A DNA stretch of 64,000 nucleotides, from contig JBOEGF010000004.1 of assembly GCA_050633305.1 (NCBI GenBank), positions 256,001-320,000 of the forward strand, read 5' to 3'. The translations under genes were made by a program, and so were the position numbers. The DNA is from Nannocystales bacterium (GTDB lineage: Bacteria > Myxococcota_A > Polyangia > Nannocystales > Nannocystaceae). How positions within the stretch are numbered: position 1 is the first letter of the stretch; each line of letters starts with the position of its first letter. The notes under the pieces are model-generated. The model did no database searches, was not told the DNA's origin, and saw only the letters and a program-made list of their open reading frames with translations. Positions 1-10,671 of the stretch are shown one piece after another.

Positions 1-2
1 TC

Positions 3-536
3 GCAGACCTCTGGATGACCAAAGCCCGTCTGCACAAACAGGCGGGGGAGCCGGAGCGCGCCCTCACCGAGTATGCACGCGCGGCGGACATCTACCGGAA
101 GCGCGGTGCGGACGTCGACCTTGGTGACGCTCTGACCAACCTCACCAATCTGCACATCGCGAACGAGGCATTCCACGACGCGCAGAGGGACGCACGGGAA
201 GCCCTCTCCATGTTCAAGGGCTCGTCGATGCGGGCGATTCGTGGACGAGCTCGCGCCTCGCTTCGGTTGTGCATTTCGAGCCGCCGCCTGGACCCGGGCT
301 CGCTCGCGGTCGGCGACGGTCCGATCGAACACTGCACGGACGCCGTAGCGCGGATGCAGGAGGCCGACCTCTCGACTCCGGAACTCTATCGGGCGCTCGA
401 GGAGCTCGCGCTCGCACTCGAGGCTCGTGGAAACCGCGAGGAGGCCCTGCGTATCGCCCGGAAGGCCCTCACGGTCGCAAAAACCGACAAAGATCGAAGA
501 GACGCGATCGAACTCCTCGATCGTCTCGTCCCGTAA
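3..536 (+). CDS. TPR-repeat protein, C-terminal fragment (5' end lies outside the window)
   Basis: Frame is open from base 3. Helical TPR-like repeats (ALTEYARAADIYRK, ALTNLTNL, EEALRIARKAL). Confidence 0.7.
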   Translation, partial: ADLWMTKARLHKQAGEPERALTEYARAADIYRKRGADVDLGDALTNLTNLHIANEAFHDAQRDAREALSMFKGSSMRAIRGRARASLRLCISSRRLDPGSLAVGDGPIEHCTDAVARMQEADLSTPELYRALEELALALEARGNREEALRIARKALTVAKTDKDRRDAIELLDRLVP

Positions 537-624
537 CCGGGCCACAGCCGAACGTGGCGGTGGTGGGTCCGGTCCGCGGGGGCAGCCGTTGTCGGCGTAC
601 CCCGCGCGCAGCCGAGGTGAGAGT

Positions 625-1266
625 TCAGCCCGGAGGCGGCAGGGGCTGCTGGGCCGTGCCGCACTCGCCCTCATACAACGCAGCGATCAGCAGTTTCCGC
701 ATTGGGTTCGCCTTGTGAATGTGGACGTTCGCGTGGGCGATCACATCGGCGGACCACCGAGGCCCATCAAACAGCACGTCACCGTAGAACTCGTACGCCA
801 GTTGCTCGAGCAGGAGCTGCTGCCAGGCATTGGTGCCGGGTGCAGGCAACCCCTGCACATTGCCCCAGAATACGTAGCGACCCTGGGTGGCGGTCAGCAG
901 GACGTCTCCGTCCAGTCCCTCGCGGAGCTTGTACATCCCGTCCTCGAAGTAGGCCGTGCACTGCAGGCTCCCCGTGGGGTCGAAGATCTGGTTCTCGGAG
1001 GTCGAGGCGACGAGTTCACCGCTGTGGTTGAAGACGTCCGAGCTGTCTCCGGACGACGGAATGTCCCAAACGATGACGTCGGGCAGCGAGTCATCCGACA
1101 ACTCGACGTCCCCGTTGCCTGGGTCGGTCGGTCGGAAGTTCCAGAAATCGACAACCTCGCCCGCAGCGCGTAACGACTGCCCCTCGTCGTCAAAGTCATC
1201 CCCCTGGGCACACCCCGCAAGCATGCATCCTACCGCCAAAGGCAGCCCTAGCTTCAATCCGCGCAC
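625..1266 (-). CDS. Hypothetical lipoprotein
   Basis: Signal peptide with lipobox LAGC followed by an acidic globular region; 213 aa. Confidence 0.75.
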   Translation of the reverse strand: MRGLKLGLPLAVGCMLAGCAQGDDFDDEGQSLRAAGEVVDFWNFRPTDPGNGDVELSDDSLPDVIVWDIPSSGDSSDVFNHSGELVASTSENQIFDPTGSLQCTAYFEDGMYKLREGLDGDVLLTATQGRYVFWGNVQGLPAPGTNAWQQLLLEQLAYEFYGDVLFDGPRWSADVIAHANVHIHKANPMRKLLIAALYEGECGTAQQPLPPPG

Positions 1267-1374
1267 ATTCTCAGGCTACCTAGATATCAACGCGATGACA
1301 CGGCCTTCCATGGGACGCGACTCAGTTTTGGGAGATATGACCAGACATGTCGAGCGCCGAACCTGTGGTGGGGG

Positions 1375-1830
1375 CTACTCGATAATCGTCCCGTCCCGGC
1401 AGTCGATGAGGAGGGTGACCGGCCCGTCGTTCAAGAGTCGGACATCCATGTGGGCCCCAAAACGCCCTGTCTGCACAGGAACGTCGAGTTGGCGCAGAAC
1501 GTCGCAGAAGAAGCCATAGAGCTGCTCGGCCCGAGGGGGATCTTCTGCGCGGTCGAAACCGGGGCGGCGACCCTTGCGAACGGACGCCGCGAGCGTGAAC
1601 TGAGAGACGACCAGCGCCTCGCCGTCGAGTTCCGCCAGGGACCGGTCCATGGGCCGCGTGCCCGGGAAGATTCGAAGTCCCGCGAGCTTTGTGGCGAGCA
1701 CCGTCGCGTCCCGTTCGGTGTCCCCCCGCTCGACCCCGAGCAGGATCACCACCCCCACGCCGATCGAGCCGACGACCTCGCCATCGACGGTGACCGAGCC
1801 CTCGCGGACCCGCTGAAGGACCGACCTCAT
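1375..1830 (-). CDS. dtd: D-aminoacyl-tRNA deacylase
   Basis: MRSVLQRV start, SQFTL, KGRRPGF, G-x-FGAHMDV and NDGPVT motifs; 151 aa. Confidence 0.97.
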   Translation of the reverse strand: MRSVLQRVREGSVTVDGEVVGSIGVGVVILLGVERGDTERDATVLATKLAGLRIFPGTRPMDRSLAELDGEALVVSQFTLAASVRKGRRPGFDRAEDPPRAEQLYGFFCDVLRQLDVPVQTGRFGAHMDVRLLNDGPVTLLIDCRDGTIIE

Positions 1831-2921
1831 GAGCCGGCGGGGCTCTGGGATGGCGTCACAGCCGGCGGGGGTGCGCTGGCTGGCGATGCATCCTGCTCCT
1901 CCGCGGGTAGGGCCACGGGGGCCGGAGGCAAGGATGGGCTGAGCGCCTGCTCTCGCGCCAGGAATCCGGCGGTGTGCCGCACCGAGAAGACCTCAGAAGA
2001 TTTGATCGTGGTGCGGACCAGCAGTTCGCCGACCAGACCCACACCGATCAACTGAATTGCGGTGAGGGTGAGCAGGACGCCGAGCAACAGCAGGGGGCGG
2101 GTGCCGATCGCACCCCCGGCCAGCTTCACGATGGTCAGGTAGCTCAGGATCGAGACGCCGAAGAATCCGCTGACCATCCCCGGGATGCCGAAGAAGTGAA
2201 CCGGCCGGGTGCGGTAGCGGGTCACCATCAGGACGGTGAGCAGGTCGAGGATCCCGTCGAAGAACCGTTTTACGCCGTATTTGCTGACGCCGTGCTCCCG
2301 CGCGCGGTGATTGACCACCAGCTCTTCGACCCGGAAGCCTCGGTGTCCAGCAAGGACAGGCAGGAAGCGGTGGAAGCCGCCGTAGACGGACAGCTCCTGG
2401 ATGCACTCGCGACGGTACGCTTTGTAGCCGCAGTTGAAGTCGCGCAGCTGCACGCCGCTGAACTTCCGCACGACGGCGTTGAAAAGCTTGGATGGGGCGG
2501 TCTTGCCCAGTGGGTCGTGACGGCGCTGCTTCCATCCCGAGACCAGGTCAGCGCCGGCCTCGATGCGCTCCACGAACTCGGGGATCATGGCGGGGTCGTC
2601 CTGCAAGTCAGCGTCGAGCGTGAGCACGATGGCGCCGCGAGCCAGGTCGAACCCGGCGTTGAGGGCAGGGGACTTTCCGAAGTTGCGGCGGAAGTGAACC
2701 ACGCCGACCACGCCCGGGTTCTCGGACGCGATCTTGTCCAGAAGCTCGGTCGTGCCGTCGCTGCTACCGTCGTTAATGTAGAGGACCTCGTACGAACGCC
2801 CCGTCTGCGCAAGGCCCGCGGTGAGCTCTTTGTGCATCTGCGGGAGCGAGCCAACCTCGTTGTAGACGGGGATGACTGCTGTCAGCTCCGGATCCGCGCC
2901 AGCGGTGGGCGTCGTCGTCAT
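1827..2921 (-). CDS. Glycosyltransferase family 2 (ArnC/DPM-synthase-like polyprenyl-phosphate glycosyltransferase)
   Basis: VIPVYNE, INDGSSDGT, RNFGKS, DADLQDDP, DFNCGYKAYR and two C-terminal TM helices. Start re-called at ATG 2921 (MTTTPTAG). Stop overlaps the dtd start (ATGA). Confidence 0.92.
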   Translation of the reverse strand: MTTTPTAGADPELTAVIPVYNEVGSLPQMHKELTAGLAQTGRSYEVLYINDGSSDGTTELLDKIASENPGVVGVVHFRRNFGKSPALNAGFDLARGAIVLTLDADLQDDPAMIPEFVERIEAGADLVSGWKQRRHDPLGKTAPSKLFNAVVRKFSGVQLRDFNCGYKAYRRECIQELSVYGGFHRFLPVLAGHRGFRVEELVVNHRAREHGVSKYGVKRFFDGILDLLTVLMVTRYRTRPVHFFGIPGMVSGFFGVSILSYLTIVKLAGGAIGTRPLLLLGVLLTLTAIQLIGVGLVGELLVRTTIKSSEVFSVRHTAGFLAREQALSPSLPPAPVALPAEEQDASPASAPPPAVTPSQSPAGS

Positions 2922-3038
2922 AGCGGCGGAGGCTACCGCATCCACCGGCCCCGGGCAGCAGCCCCCAGCGCGCGCCGGGTCACAAAGGCCACCACACTCG
3001 CTTGGCGCGGCGTTTGCGTTTGTACCAAACTCGCCCGC

Positions 3039-6000
3039 GTGACCCTTCGCCGTCATCGGAGCATTCCGCGCGCTCTCGGGCTTGCCGCGATCCTGGTTTC
3101 CGCGTCCTCGCTCGCCGACGTGGAGGCCAGACCACTCCCTGGTCCGGTGGCGGCAGACGTCGACCTCGGTCCCAACCGCTGGGATCTGGAGCTGCAACGA
3201 CGCGTTGCCGCGCTGAAGAAGGTGCGGGGCAAAGACCCCGCCGCGATCGTTCCGCTGTTGGGGTTGCTCCCCGAGGTCCAGGGAGATGTTGATCCCCAAG
3301 CGCTGCAGCGTGCGCTCGCATCGGTCGCCGACTCTCGGAGTCGACACCCGCTGGTCCGCTCGTACGCGCGCTTTCTCCAGGCGAGGGTGCTGGAGTCTCG
3401 TGGCGATCTCGCCGGTGCGGCGGGGGCACTGCGCGATGAGGGCTACGTGGTCGGGTGGCAGATCGTCGGGCCCTTCGACAACAGCGGGCGCAAGGGGGAG
3501 AGCGCGGTGTACTCGCCCGAGACCGACGCGTTCGGGTCGACGCAGACCTTCACGGGAAAGCTCGCGGGGGAGCCACTGGCGTGGCGAGTCATCGACTACA
3601 CCGACGCGCCACGTGGCGGCTACGTGAGCTTCGACGACCGGCTACGGCCCAACACCGACGTGACCGGCTACGCCACCGCGTGGGTTCACGTCGACAAAGA
3701 CCAGGACGCCGCCGTCCATGTGGGGACGGGCGGCCCGTATGAAGTCTGGGTGGACGGCGATTCGGTCGGGGGGGCGAGCTCATACCGAGGCGCCCATCCC
3801 CTCCAGGAGACCCACGCCGCGCGGTTGCAGGCCGGCTGGAACCGGGTGTTGGTCAAGGTCAGCGCGCAGTCTGGCGCCTGGGGGTTCTTCTTGCGCTTGA
3901 GCGCCTCCGATGGCTCGCCGATCGCAGGGCTCCAGGCTTCGGCTGAAGCGCCGGCGGATTGGCGCCCGCGGGCAGGGGCTCGGCCGTCCGGGAAGACGCC
4001 GGCATCGCTTCGTACCGCCCTGGAGGCTCGCTTCGGCGAGGGGGCATCTGCACGCAAAGCCAAGCGTGAGGGCATGGCTTTGCTGGAGTTCTATCGCTCC
4101 GTGCATCCGTTCGATCGCGAGGACGAAACCGCGGTGGCGTTGTCCCGGCGGGTCGCCCAGGATGCACCGTCCTCACGCAGTCACTGGCTCCGCGCGTTGG
4201 TCGAGCGCGACCCGGGGGAGAGCCTCACGGCGTTGCGCAAGGGCATCGAGTTGGGGCGGGCCGAGGGACCTGCGAGCGCGTCCTTGCTGGCCCAGATGCT
4301 GCTCGAGCTGGGGTGGCGCCACCAGTCGATGGGGCTGCACAGCCGCTATCGCACCAACCTCGAAGAGGCCCATGCGGTCGCGCCCGGTGACCCGGTCGTG
4401 GAGCTGGCAATGGTGGACGAGGCCGCAACCGCGGGGTTCCGTTGGTGGTCGCTGAAGTGGCTGGCCGCGTTGGTCACGCGCAACCCACACGCGCAGCGCT
4501 TGCGCTTGGAGTACGCCTCGCGCCTCCACGCGGCGGGTCGCACGAAAGATGCGCTCGTGGTGTTGGGATCGTCCAACGCGACGTCCGACTTGGCCGGCGC
4601 CAGCATCGAGGTTCTGCTCGAATTGGGCGAGGCCGACGCTGCGGTCGCGCTGGCTCGCAAAGCCGCGGATGCGACACCTGGCCTCCCCGAGCGCCACGTG
4701 GCCGTGGCGCAGCTGGAGGAGTCGCGCGGGGATATCCACGCGGCACGTACCGCATGGGCCAAGGCTCTGGCGCTTGCCCCCCACGACGCGGACCTGCACG
4801 CTGCCCTGGGTCGATTGCTCATGCGCAACGATGACCTCTCGGCCGCCGCCGGCAGCCTGCGCCGCAGCCTCGATCTGCGACCCCAGCAGCCCGATGTCCG
4901 GGACCTGCTCGCCTCGCTCGACGCGACCGCGCCCAGCGATCTGTTCACCCGGTATGGGCTCGACCTTGGCGCAATCGCGAAGAAGACCGAGATCCCCGCG
5001 GCATGGAAGGGCAAGGACTCCGCAGTCCTGCATCACCGCATGGCCGTGAAAGTGCTTCCCAACGGCCTCACCGAGCGCCTCGACCACCGGGTGATCCGTG
5101 TCCTCGACGACCGCGGTGTTCGCTCGCAAGCCGTGCAGGGGCTGAGCTACGACCCCGCCGAGAGCATCGTCGAGGTTCGCCGCGCTCGCGTTCACCGAGA
5201 AGACGGCACCATCGAAGAACTGGGCGAGGTGAGCGTCGTGGCGCTCGCGTCCGCCGGCTACCGGATGTACTACGACCAACGCCAGATCCGCGTTGGGTTC
5301 GGCGGACTGAGGCCCGGCGACACGCTCGAGGTCGCGTTCCTACGCCGGGACGTCGCGGCGAAGAACATGTTCGACGAGTACTTCGGCGACCTGATGCCGC
5401 TGCAAGGAAGCGCGCCGATCGGCAAGGTCGAGTACATCCTGGAGGCGCCCTCGGACAAGCCGATCTACTTCAACCGCCCTGGGGTGAAGAAGAAGTCCAC
5501 GGACGACGGAGCGTCCACGCTGTATCGCTACACCGACAGCAACGTCGAGGCGATCACGCCCGAGGGCGGCATGCCGGGATGGGTCGAGATCGCGGACTTC
5601 TTGCACGCCAGCACGTACGAGACATGGAACGACGTCGGGGACTGGTACTGGGACTTGGTCCGCGAACAGCTGGTCGTCGATGACGCGATCCGCGGCGGTG
5701 TGAAGGAGGCGCTGGCGGGGCTGCCTGAGGACGCGACCGACCGACAGAAGGTCGATGCCATCTACACGTACGTGGTCCGCAACACCCGGTACGTCGGCCT
5801 CGAGTTCGGGATTCACGGGTACAAGCCCTACCGGACGACCGAGATCTTCAGCCGCCGCTTCGGTGACTGCAAGGATAAGGCGAGTCTGCTCAAGGTCATG
5901 CTCGAAGAGGTCGGCATCGAAGCCAACCTCGTGCTCGTGCGAACCCGCGACCAGGGCGTGATGCCCAAAGAGCCCGCTTCGCTGGCGGTGTTCAACCACG

Positions 6001-6794
6001 CGATCACCTATGTGCCCGCCTTCGACCTGTTCCTCGATGGCACGGCGGAGTGGTCCGGACCCCGCGAGCTCCCTGCCTCGGACCAAGGTGCAAGCGTGCT
6101 GGTGGTGCGAGACGGAAAGGGTGCGCAATACCGGACCATTCCGGTGAGCGACGCAAAGGACAACGTCCGCGCCTTGGAGCAGGAGGTCACGCTCACCGCG
6201 TCCGGTTCGGCGACACTCGAGCACGCAGTCACCGTCCGCGGCGCGTCCGCGAGTTCGGTGCGCTACCAGTTCCAATCCGCAGAACAACAGCTCGAGCGCA
6301 TGACCCGAGCCTTGGGCGGGTCGTTCCCCGGCGTCGACGTGCAAGACGTCTCGGCACCGGGCATCGACGACATCACCAAGCCTGCGACGCTCCGCGCTCG
6401 TGCATCGGTGCCGCAGTGGGCGACCAAGACCGGCGATAGCCTCCGTTTCAAGGTGACCGGCCGAGACTCGGGCTTCACCTCCGCCCTCGCGCCGAAGTCG
6501 TCACGCGACTACCCGCTTGTACTCGACGTCCCGATGCAAGAGACCCACACGCTGAGGTACCGACTCCCCAGCGGCTATCGGTTCTCAACCATGCCGACCG
6601 GGACGTCGCTCTCCACGGGCGTCGGAAAGTTCTCGCTCGAGGTTCAGGCCACCGACGACGGTGCCGAGGTCCGAACCAGCATCGAGCTCCCCCAACAGCG
6701 CATCTCGCCAAAGGACTATCCCGAACTCCGGAAGTTCTTGCGCCGAGTCGACGCTGCCCTCGAACAAGACTTTGAAGTCGTCCGCGCTCGATAG
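3039..6794 (+). CDS. Secreted TPR + DUF3857 + transglutaminase-like protein with intact catalytic triad
   Basis: GTG 3039 gives a signal-peptide-like N-terminus. PA14-like beta region, TPRs, DUF3857-like region, then GDCKDK, FNHAI and LDGT (Cys-His-Asp). The ORF-track extension to 1974 overlaps the GT2 gene. Confidence 0.85.
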   Translation: MTLRRHRSIPRALGLAAILVSASSLADVEARPLPGPVAADVDLGPNRWDLELQRRVAALKKVRGKDPAAIVPLLGLLPEVQGDVDPQALQRALASVADSRSRHPLVRSYARFLQARVLESRGDLAGAAGALRDEGYVVGWQIVGPFDNSGRKGESAVYSPETDAFGSTQTFTGKLAGEPLAWRVIDYTDAPRGGYVSFDDRLRPNTDVTGYATAWVHVDKDQDAAVHVGTGGPYEVWVDGDSVGGASSYRGAHPLQETHAARLQAGWNRVLVKVSAQSGAWGFFLRLSASDGSPIAGLQASAEAPADWRPRAGARPSGKTPASLRTALEARFGEGASARKAKREGMALLEFYRSVHPFDREDETAVALSRRVAQDAPSSRSHWLRALVERDPGESLTALRKGIELGRAEGPASASLLAQMLLELGWRHQSMGLHSRYRTNLEEAHAVAPGDPVVELAMVDEAATAGFRWWSLKWLAALVTRNPHAQRLRLEYASRLHAAGRTKDALVVLGSSNATSDLAGASIEVLLELGEADAAVALARKAADATPGLPERHVAVAQLEESRGDIHAARTAWAKALALAPHDADLHAALGRLLMRNDDLSAAAGSLRRSLDLRPQQPDVRDLLASLDATAPSDLFTRYGLDLGAIAKKTEIPAAWKGKDSAVLHHRMAVKVLPNGLTERLDHRVIRVLDDRGVRSQAVQGLSYDPAESIVEVRRARVHREDGTIEELGEVSVVALASAGYRMYYDQRQIRVGFGGLRPGDTLEVAFLRRDVAAKNMFDEYFGDLMPLQGSAPIGKVEYILEAPSDKPIYFNRPGVKKKSTDDGASTLYRYTDSNVEAITPEGGMPGWVEIADFLHASTYETWNDVGDWYWDLVREQLVVDDAIRGGVKEALAGLPEDATDRQKVDAIYTYVVRNTRYVGLEFGIHGYKPYRTTEIFSRRFGDCKDKASLLKVMLEEVGIEANLVLVRTRDQGVMPKEPASLAVFNHAITYVPAFDLFLDGTAEWSGPRELPASDQGASVLVVRDGKGAQYRTIPVSDAKDNVRALEQEVTLTASGSATLEHAVTVRGASASSVRYQFQSAEQQLERMTRALGGSFPGVDVQDVSAPGIDDITKPATLRARASVPQWATKTGDSLRFKVTGRDSGFTSALAPKSSRDYPLVLDVPMQETHTLRYRLPSGYRFSTMPTGTSLSTGVGKFSLEVQATDDGAEVRTSIELPQQRISPKDYPELRKFLRRVDAALEQDFEVVRAR

Positions 6795-6810
6795 CCCGGC
6801 CCCATCATCC

Positions 6811-9800
6811 ATGCTCTGGATTCGACGCCTTTCTCATCTGACCCACCAACTCGCGGTGGGGTTGCTGCTCACCGCCACCGTCGCGTGCAAGCCCGACCCC
6901 TCCGCGGTGCCGTTTGACCCCTCCGACCCCGGGGCGGCTGCGGCGACGCTGCGCGCTCACCTGGAGGATCACCCCGACGACATCGAGGCCCGGCGCGATC
7001 TGGCCCACTTGGAGTGGATCTGGCTGGGAGCTCCGGACTCGGCCGTCGGACACCTCGACAAGCTGGTCACGCAAGGGGACCCCGGGGCAGGGCTGACGCG
7101 CCTGTTGATCGCACAGGGCCGAGACGACGCCGACACCGAAGCAGAGCTCGCCTACCAGCTGTTGGAACAGGCGCTCAGCGGCGACGAAGCCTTCGTTGAC
7201 GCGGCGGCCCAGGTGGCCGCGCGTGCTCTGCAGCGCGGTCACGGCGACCGCCCCGATGACGACGAGCGCTTCTCCGCGTTCTTTTCCAAACACGAGGGGG
7301 CGCTCACGAAGCTGCCGTTTTCCGTCCGTCAGCCGCTCCTGAGCCTGCGGGCCTCCATTGCTCGCCGGCTGGGCGAGCCCTACGAGGGGCTCTTCGAGGA
7401 GCAGGGGTGCGTACAGGCGTGGGAAGCGTCCGTCCTGGAGGGGCGGCTGGGCGACTACGAGCTGCAGGGCATCGATCCTGACGCGTTTGTCCCCGACCCG
7501 AGTGCCGCCGTCGTCCCGCTATCGTGCGTCGTTCGGGTCTGGAATCCCACCCCTCGCTCGGGCGTCCGGACGCTACGAACGACCGTCCGCAGCGACAACG
7601 ATACGATCGTGCTCGACATCAGCGGGCAGGAGGCCATGCGCGTTTGGCTCGACGGCACGCTAATCCATCGAACCGATCGAACCGATCGTTACGCCCCCCG
7701 TCGCACGCGATTCTCGGTCCCGGTCAAGCCTGGCGCCCACGTCCTGGAGCTCGCGACATCGATCCCGCGGGACCGGGCCTGGGTCTTGGTCCGGGCGGCC
7801 GACAGCGAGGGGAGGGCGTTGAAAGCCACCGCCGATGGCACAAAAGAAGGGGCAGGGCTGCGTGGTGCCCCACAGGTCCGGCGTCCGTCGTGGCCCAACG
7901 CGACCGCCGAAGACGGTCCGCTGTCCGGTCCGATCTACGCGCCGCTTCGCACCTACCTGGCGATGGACGCCGCGCTCGCCGATGGCGATACGGACATCGC
8001 CGAGCGGCATCTCGGAGGACTCGACGAGGCGGATGCGTTCGCGTTTGGCTGGGTCATGCGCGCGCTGTTCGAGCGCAATGATCCCACTCGACCTCGGACG
8101 AGTTCGACGTCTCGGGAGCAGACCGCGCTGGAGTCCGCAATCGAACGGGATCCGCGTCTCGAATCGGCCCAGCGCAACCTCCTGCAACTCCTGTTGCGCC
8201 GCGGTGATGACACCGAGGCCTCTGGAATGCTGGCGAGCCTCCCCAAAGATCGGCTTCGGACGGTGGACGGGGAGCTGCTCCGTCACCAGATCCACGGCGC
8301 CGCGGGGGAGGAGCACCTCGCTCGCGCGGCGCTCGACCGCGCCAAGGCGCTCGATGCCGATCATTGCGGGGTCCTCCGCTACGAGCGGGCGCAGGCTCGC
8401 GACCTGCGGGACGTCAAGCGCGAAGACTCGCTGACGGCCGCGCTCGGCCAGTGCGCCGGGAGCCTCGACACCCGCGCAATGCTGGCGCAGATGCGTGGGG
8501 ACTGGGATGGAGCCGGGACGCTGTGGAGCGAAGCGCTTCGTCGCAAACCCGACGACATCGACACGCTCGAGTCGCTCGCCCACCTCGCAACCCTTCGCGG
8601 GGACATCAAGACCGCGCGCGAGCACCTCAACACCATCACCGAACTGGTCCCCATGCGGGCTTCGAGCCACATCGCGCTGGCCGACCTGGCGCTGGCCAAG
8701 GGAGACCTCGAGGGCGCACGACGCAGAGTATCCACGGCACTCGACTTCATTCCGTTCAGCAACGGGCTGCGCCGACTGGGCAGCAATCTCGGCATCGAGG
8801 ATGAACTCTTGGAGTATCGCGTCGACGGGCTCGAGCGCCTCGCGGCCTACCAGAAGTCCGGCGTGACCTACGAGGGCGCGGCGGAGGCTCTGGTGCTCGA
8901 TCGAAGTGTGGCCCGCGTCTACGATGGCGGTGGACTGCGCCAGGTGGTGCACATCGTTGTGCATCTGCTGAGCAAGGAGGCGCTCGACCGCTACGGAGAA
9001 CTCGAAACGCCGCAGGGGGCCGAGCTGCTCACGTTGCGTTCGATCAAGCCCGATGGCCACATCTTCGAACCCGAACTCGTCCCCGGCAAAGACGGGGTCT
9101 CGCTTCGGCATCTGGAGATTGGCGACTTTGTCGAGTACGAGTACGTGATCGAGCAACCGCCCTCGGGCGTGGTGCCCGGGTACGTTGACGTCTCGACGTT
9201 CCGTTTTCAGTCGTTCGATGTCCCCTACCACCGCAGCGAGCTGTGGGTTTTGGCACCGACGTCGCTCGACCTCAAGACCGATCGCCGCAACACGCCGCCG
9301 GAACCGATGGTCAGCGAGGTCACCCACGGCGGACAGACGCTACGTCTGAGCAAGTTCGGGGTCGACCAGATGCCGCGCCTGGGCGTGGAGCCCGGGACCC
9401 GCTCCGTGTTGGAGGAGGTCCCCAACGTCCGGATCTACACCGAGGTGGATGTCGAGAGCTGGATGCGGTCGTTGGCGGCGAGCGTCTACTACGGCCGCCG
9501 CACCAACCCCCAGCTTCGCGCGCATGTTCGCAGCCTGGTGCGCGGCAAGGAGTCCGACGCCGAAAAACTCCGAACCCTGTGGGGCTGGGTTGTCGAGAAC
9601 ATCGACGACGGCGGCGACCTTTCATCCGCGTCGACCGCCACCTTTGCGACGCGTCGAGGCAACCGTCTGGTGCTGCTCGCCTCCATGCTGGAGCTGGCAG
9701 GGGTGAAGCACGAGGTGTGGCTGGCCCGGAACCGACACGGGCCGAAGTCTCTGCCCGGAGGCCACCCGATGATCGAGAACTACGACGCCCCCATGCTCGC

Positions 9801-10608
9801 GGTGCAGCTGCCGGGGAAGGCGGAGCCGATCATGGTCATGACCGCCTCCAAGGTGATGCCGATGGGGTACCTGCCACCGGGGTATGCGGGAGGCCAAGCT
9901 CTTCGGCTCCCGCTGATGCCTGAGGACACCGCCGGTACCGTCACCGTCCCAGCCGTCCCGCCCGAGTTCGCAGACGTGCGCCGTTGGGAACTGGACATCA
10001 CCACCGACGTCACAGGCGAGGCGAGCGTGACGGGCCGCATCACGTTGACCGGCGGAGAAGCCATCGCCTGGCGACAGGCGCTTCGCGAGATCGACGCAGA
10101 CCGGATCAACGAGGTCTTCCAGCAAGCCGAGCTCTCGTGGCTGCGAGGCAACGACCTGGTCGACCTCCAGGTTGAGGGGGCCGCGGACCTGGATGAGCCG
10201 CTCGTTCTCGCGTTCGAGGCGACCACGGCGTCTCTGGGCGTGGTGCAGAACGGGGCGCTCCTCGTACGCTCCGACGTCGTCCCGCTCAACCTGGGGGCGC
10301 CCTATGTCGCGCTGCCTCAGCGCATGACCGGCATGGTCGTCCCCTACGCCCCTTTGCACGAGGCCACCGTGCGCATCGAGGTCAAGGATGGGCGGCTGGC
10401 CGAGCTGCCCGAAGCGGTCTCTGTACGGAGCGATTTCGGCTCATTCGAGCGTCGGGTCGAGGGAAGCCGGGGCGGGTCGTCGGTGACCCTCGAGCTCCGC
10501 AGCACCCTGAAAACCGGAGTCGTCGAGCCGCACGACTACCCCAAACTCTCGAAGTTCGTTCGCGGGGTCGAGGCAGCCAGCGCGGCCTCGCTGCGGGCGG
10601 CTCCCTGA
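6811..10608 (+). CDS. Lipoprotein paralogue with TPR + DUF3857 + degenerate transglutaminase-like domain
   Basis: ATG 6811, lipobox TVAC, same domain order as the upstream gene (LEIGDFVEYEY). The GDCKD position reads RRGNR. Confidence 0.8.
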   Translation: MLWIRRLSHLTHQLAVGLLLTATVACKPDPSAVPFDPSDPGAAAATLRAHLEDHPDDIEARRDLAHLEWIWLGAPDSAVGHLDKLVTQGDPGAGLTRLLIAQGRDDADTEAELAYQLLEQALSGDEAFVDAAAQVAARALQRGHGDRPDDDERFSAFFSKHEGALTKLPFSVRQPLLSLRASIARRLGEPYEGLFEEQGCVQAWEASVLEGRLGDYELQGIDPDAFVPDPSAAVVPLSCVVRVWNPTPRSGVRTLRTTVRSDNDTIVLDISGQEAMRVWLDGTLIHRTDRTDRYAPRRTRFSVPVKPGAHVLELATSIPRDRAWVLVRAADSEGRALKATADGTKEGAGLRGAPQVRRPSWPNATAEDGPLSGPIYAPLRTYLAMDAALADGDTDIAERHLGGLDEADAFAFGWVMRALFERNDPTRPRTSSTSREQTALESAIERDPRLESAQRNLLQLLLRRGDDTEASGMLASLPKDRLRTVDGELLRHQIHGAAGEEHLARAALDRAKALDADHCGVLRYERAQARDLRDVKREDSLTAALGQCAGSLDTRAMLAQMRGDWDGAGTLWSEALRRKPDDIDTLESLAHLATLRGDIKTAREHLNTITELVPMRASSHIALADLALAKGDLEGARRRVSTALDFIPFSNGLRRLGSNLGIEDELLEYRVDGLERLAAYQKSGVTYEGAAEALVLDRSVARVYDGGGLRQVVHIVVHLLSKEALDRYGELETPQGAELLTLRSIKPDGHIFEPELVPGKDGVSLRHLEIGDFVEYEYVIEQPPSGVVPGYVDVSTFRFQSFDVPYHRSELWVLAPTSLDLKTDRRNTPPEPMVSEVTHGGQTLRLSKFGVDQMPRLGVEPGTRSVLEEVPNVRIYTEVDVESWMRSLAASVYYGRRTNPQLRAHVRSLVRGKESDAEKLRTLWGWVVENIDDGGDLSSASTATFATRRGNRLVLLASMLELAGVKHEVWLARNRHGPKSLPGGHPMIENYDAPMLAVQLPGKAEPIMVMTASKVMPMGYLPPGYAGGQALRLPLMPEDTAGTVTVPAVPPEFADVRRWELDITTDVTGEASVTGRITLTGGEAIAWRQALREIDADRINEVFQQAELSWLRGNDLVDLQVEGAADLDEPLVLAFEATTASLGVVQNGALLVRSDVVPLNLGAPYVALPQRMTGMVVPYAPLHEATVRIEVKDGRLAELPEAVSVRSDFGSFERRVEGSRGGSSVTLELRSTLKTGVVEPHDYPKLSKFVRGVEAASAASLRAAP

Positions 10609-10671
10609 GCGACGCACAGCGTTGCGCCTCGGGGCTGCTTGCTCGGTGCGCAACGCTGGTAGGGTCGGGGG

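Noticed and set aside
1974..3038. N-terminal 355 aa of the 1606-aa ORF
   Set aside because: It is the antisense shadow of the GT2 gene; a signal-peptide-like start appears at GTG 3039.
2922..3347. N-terminal extension of the 506-aa GT2 ORF
   Set aside because: It overlaps the divergent gene start and is not GT2-like; the domain begins just after ATG 2921.
7660..9327. 555-aa minus-strand ORF
   Set aside because: Antisense to a well-supported gene; typical high-GC shadow ORF without motifs.
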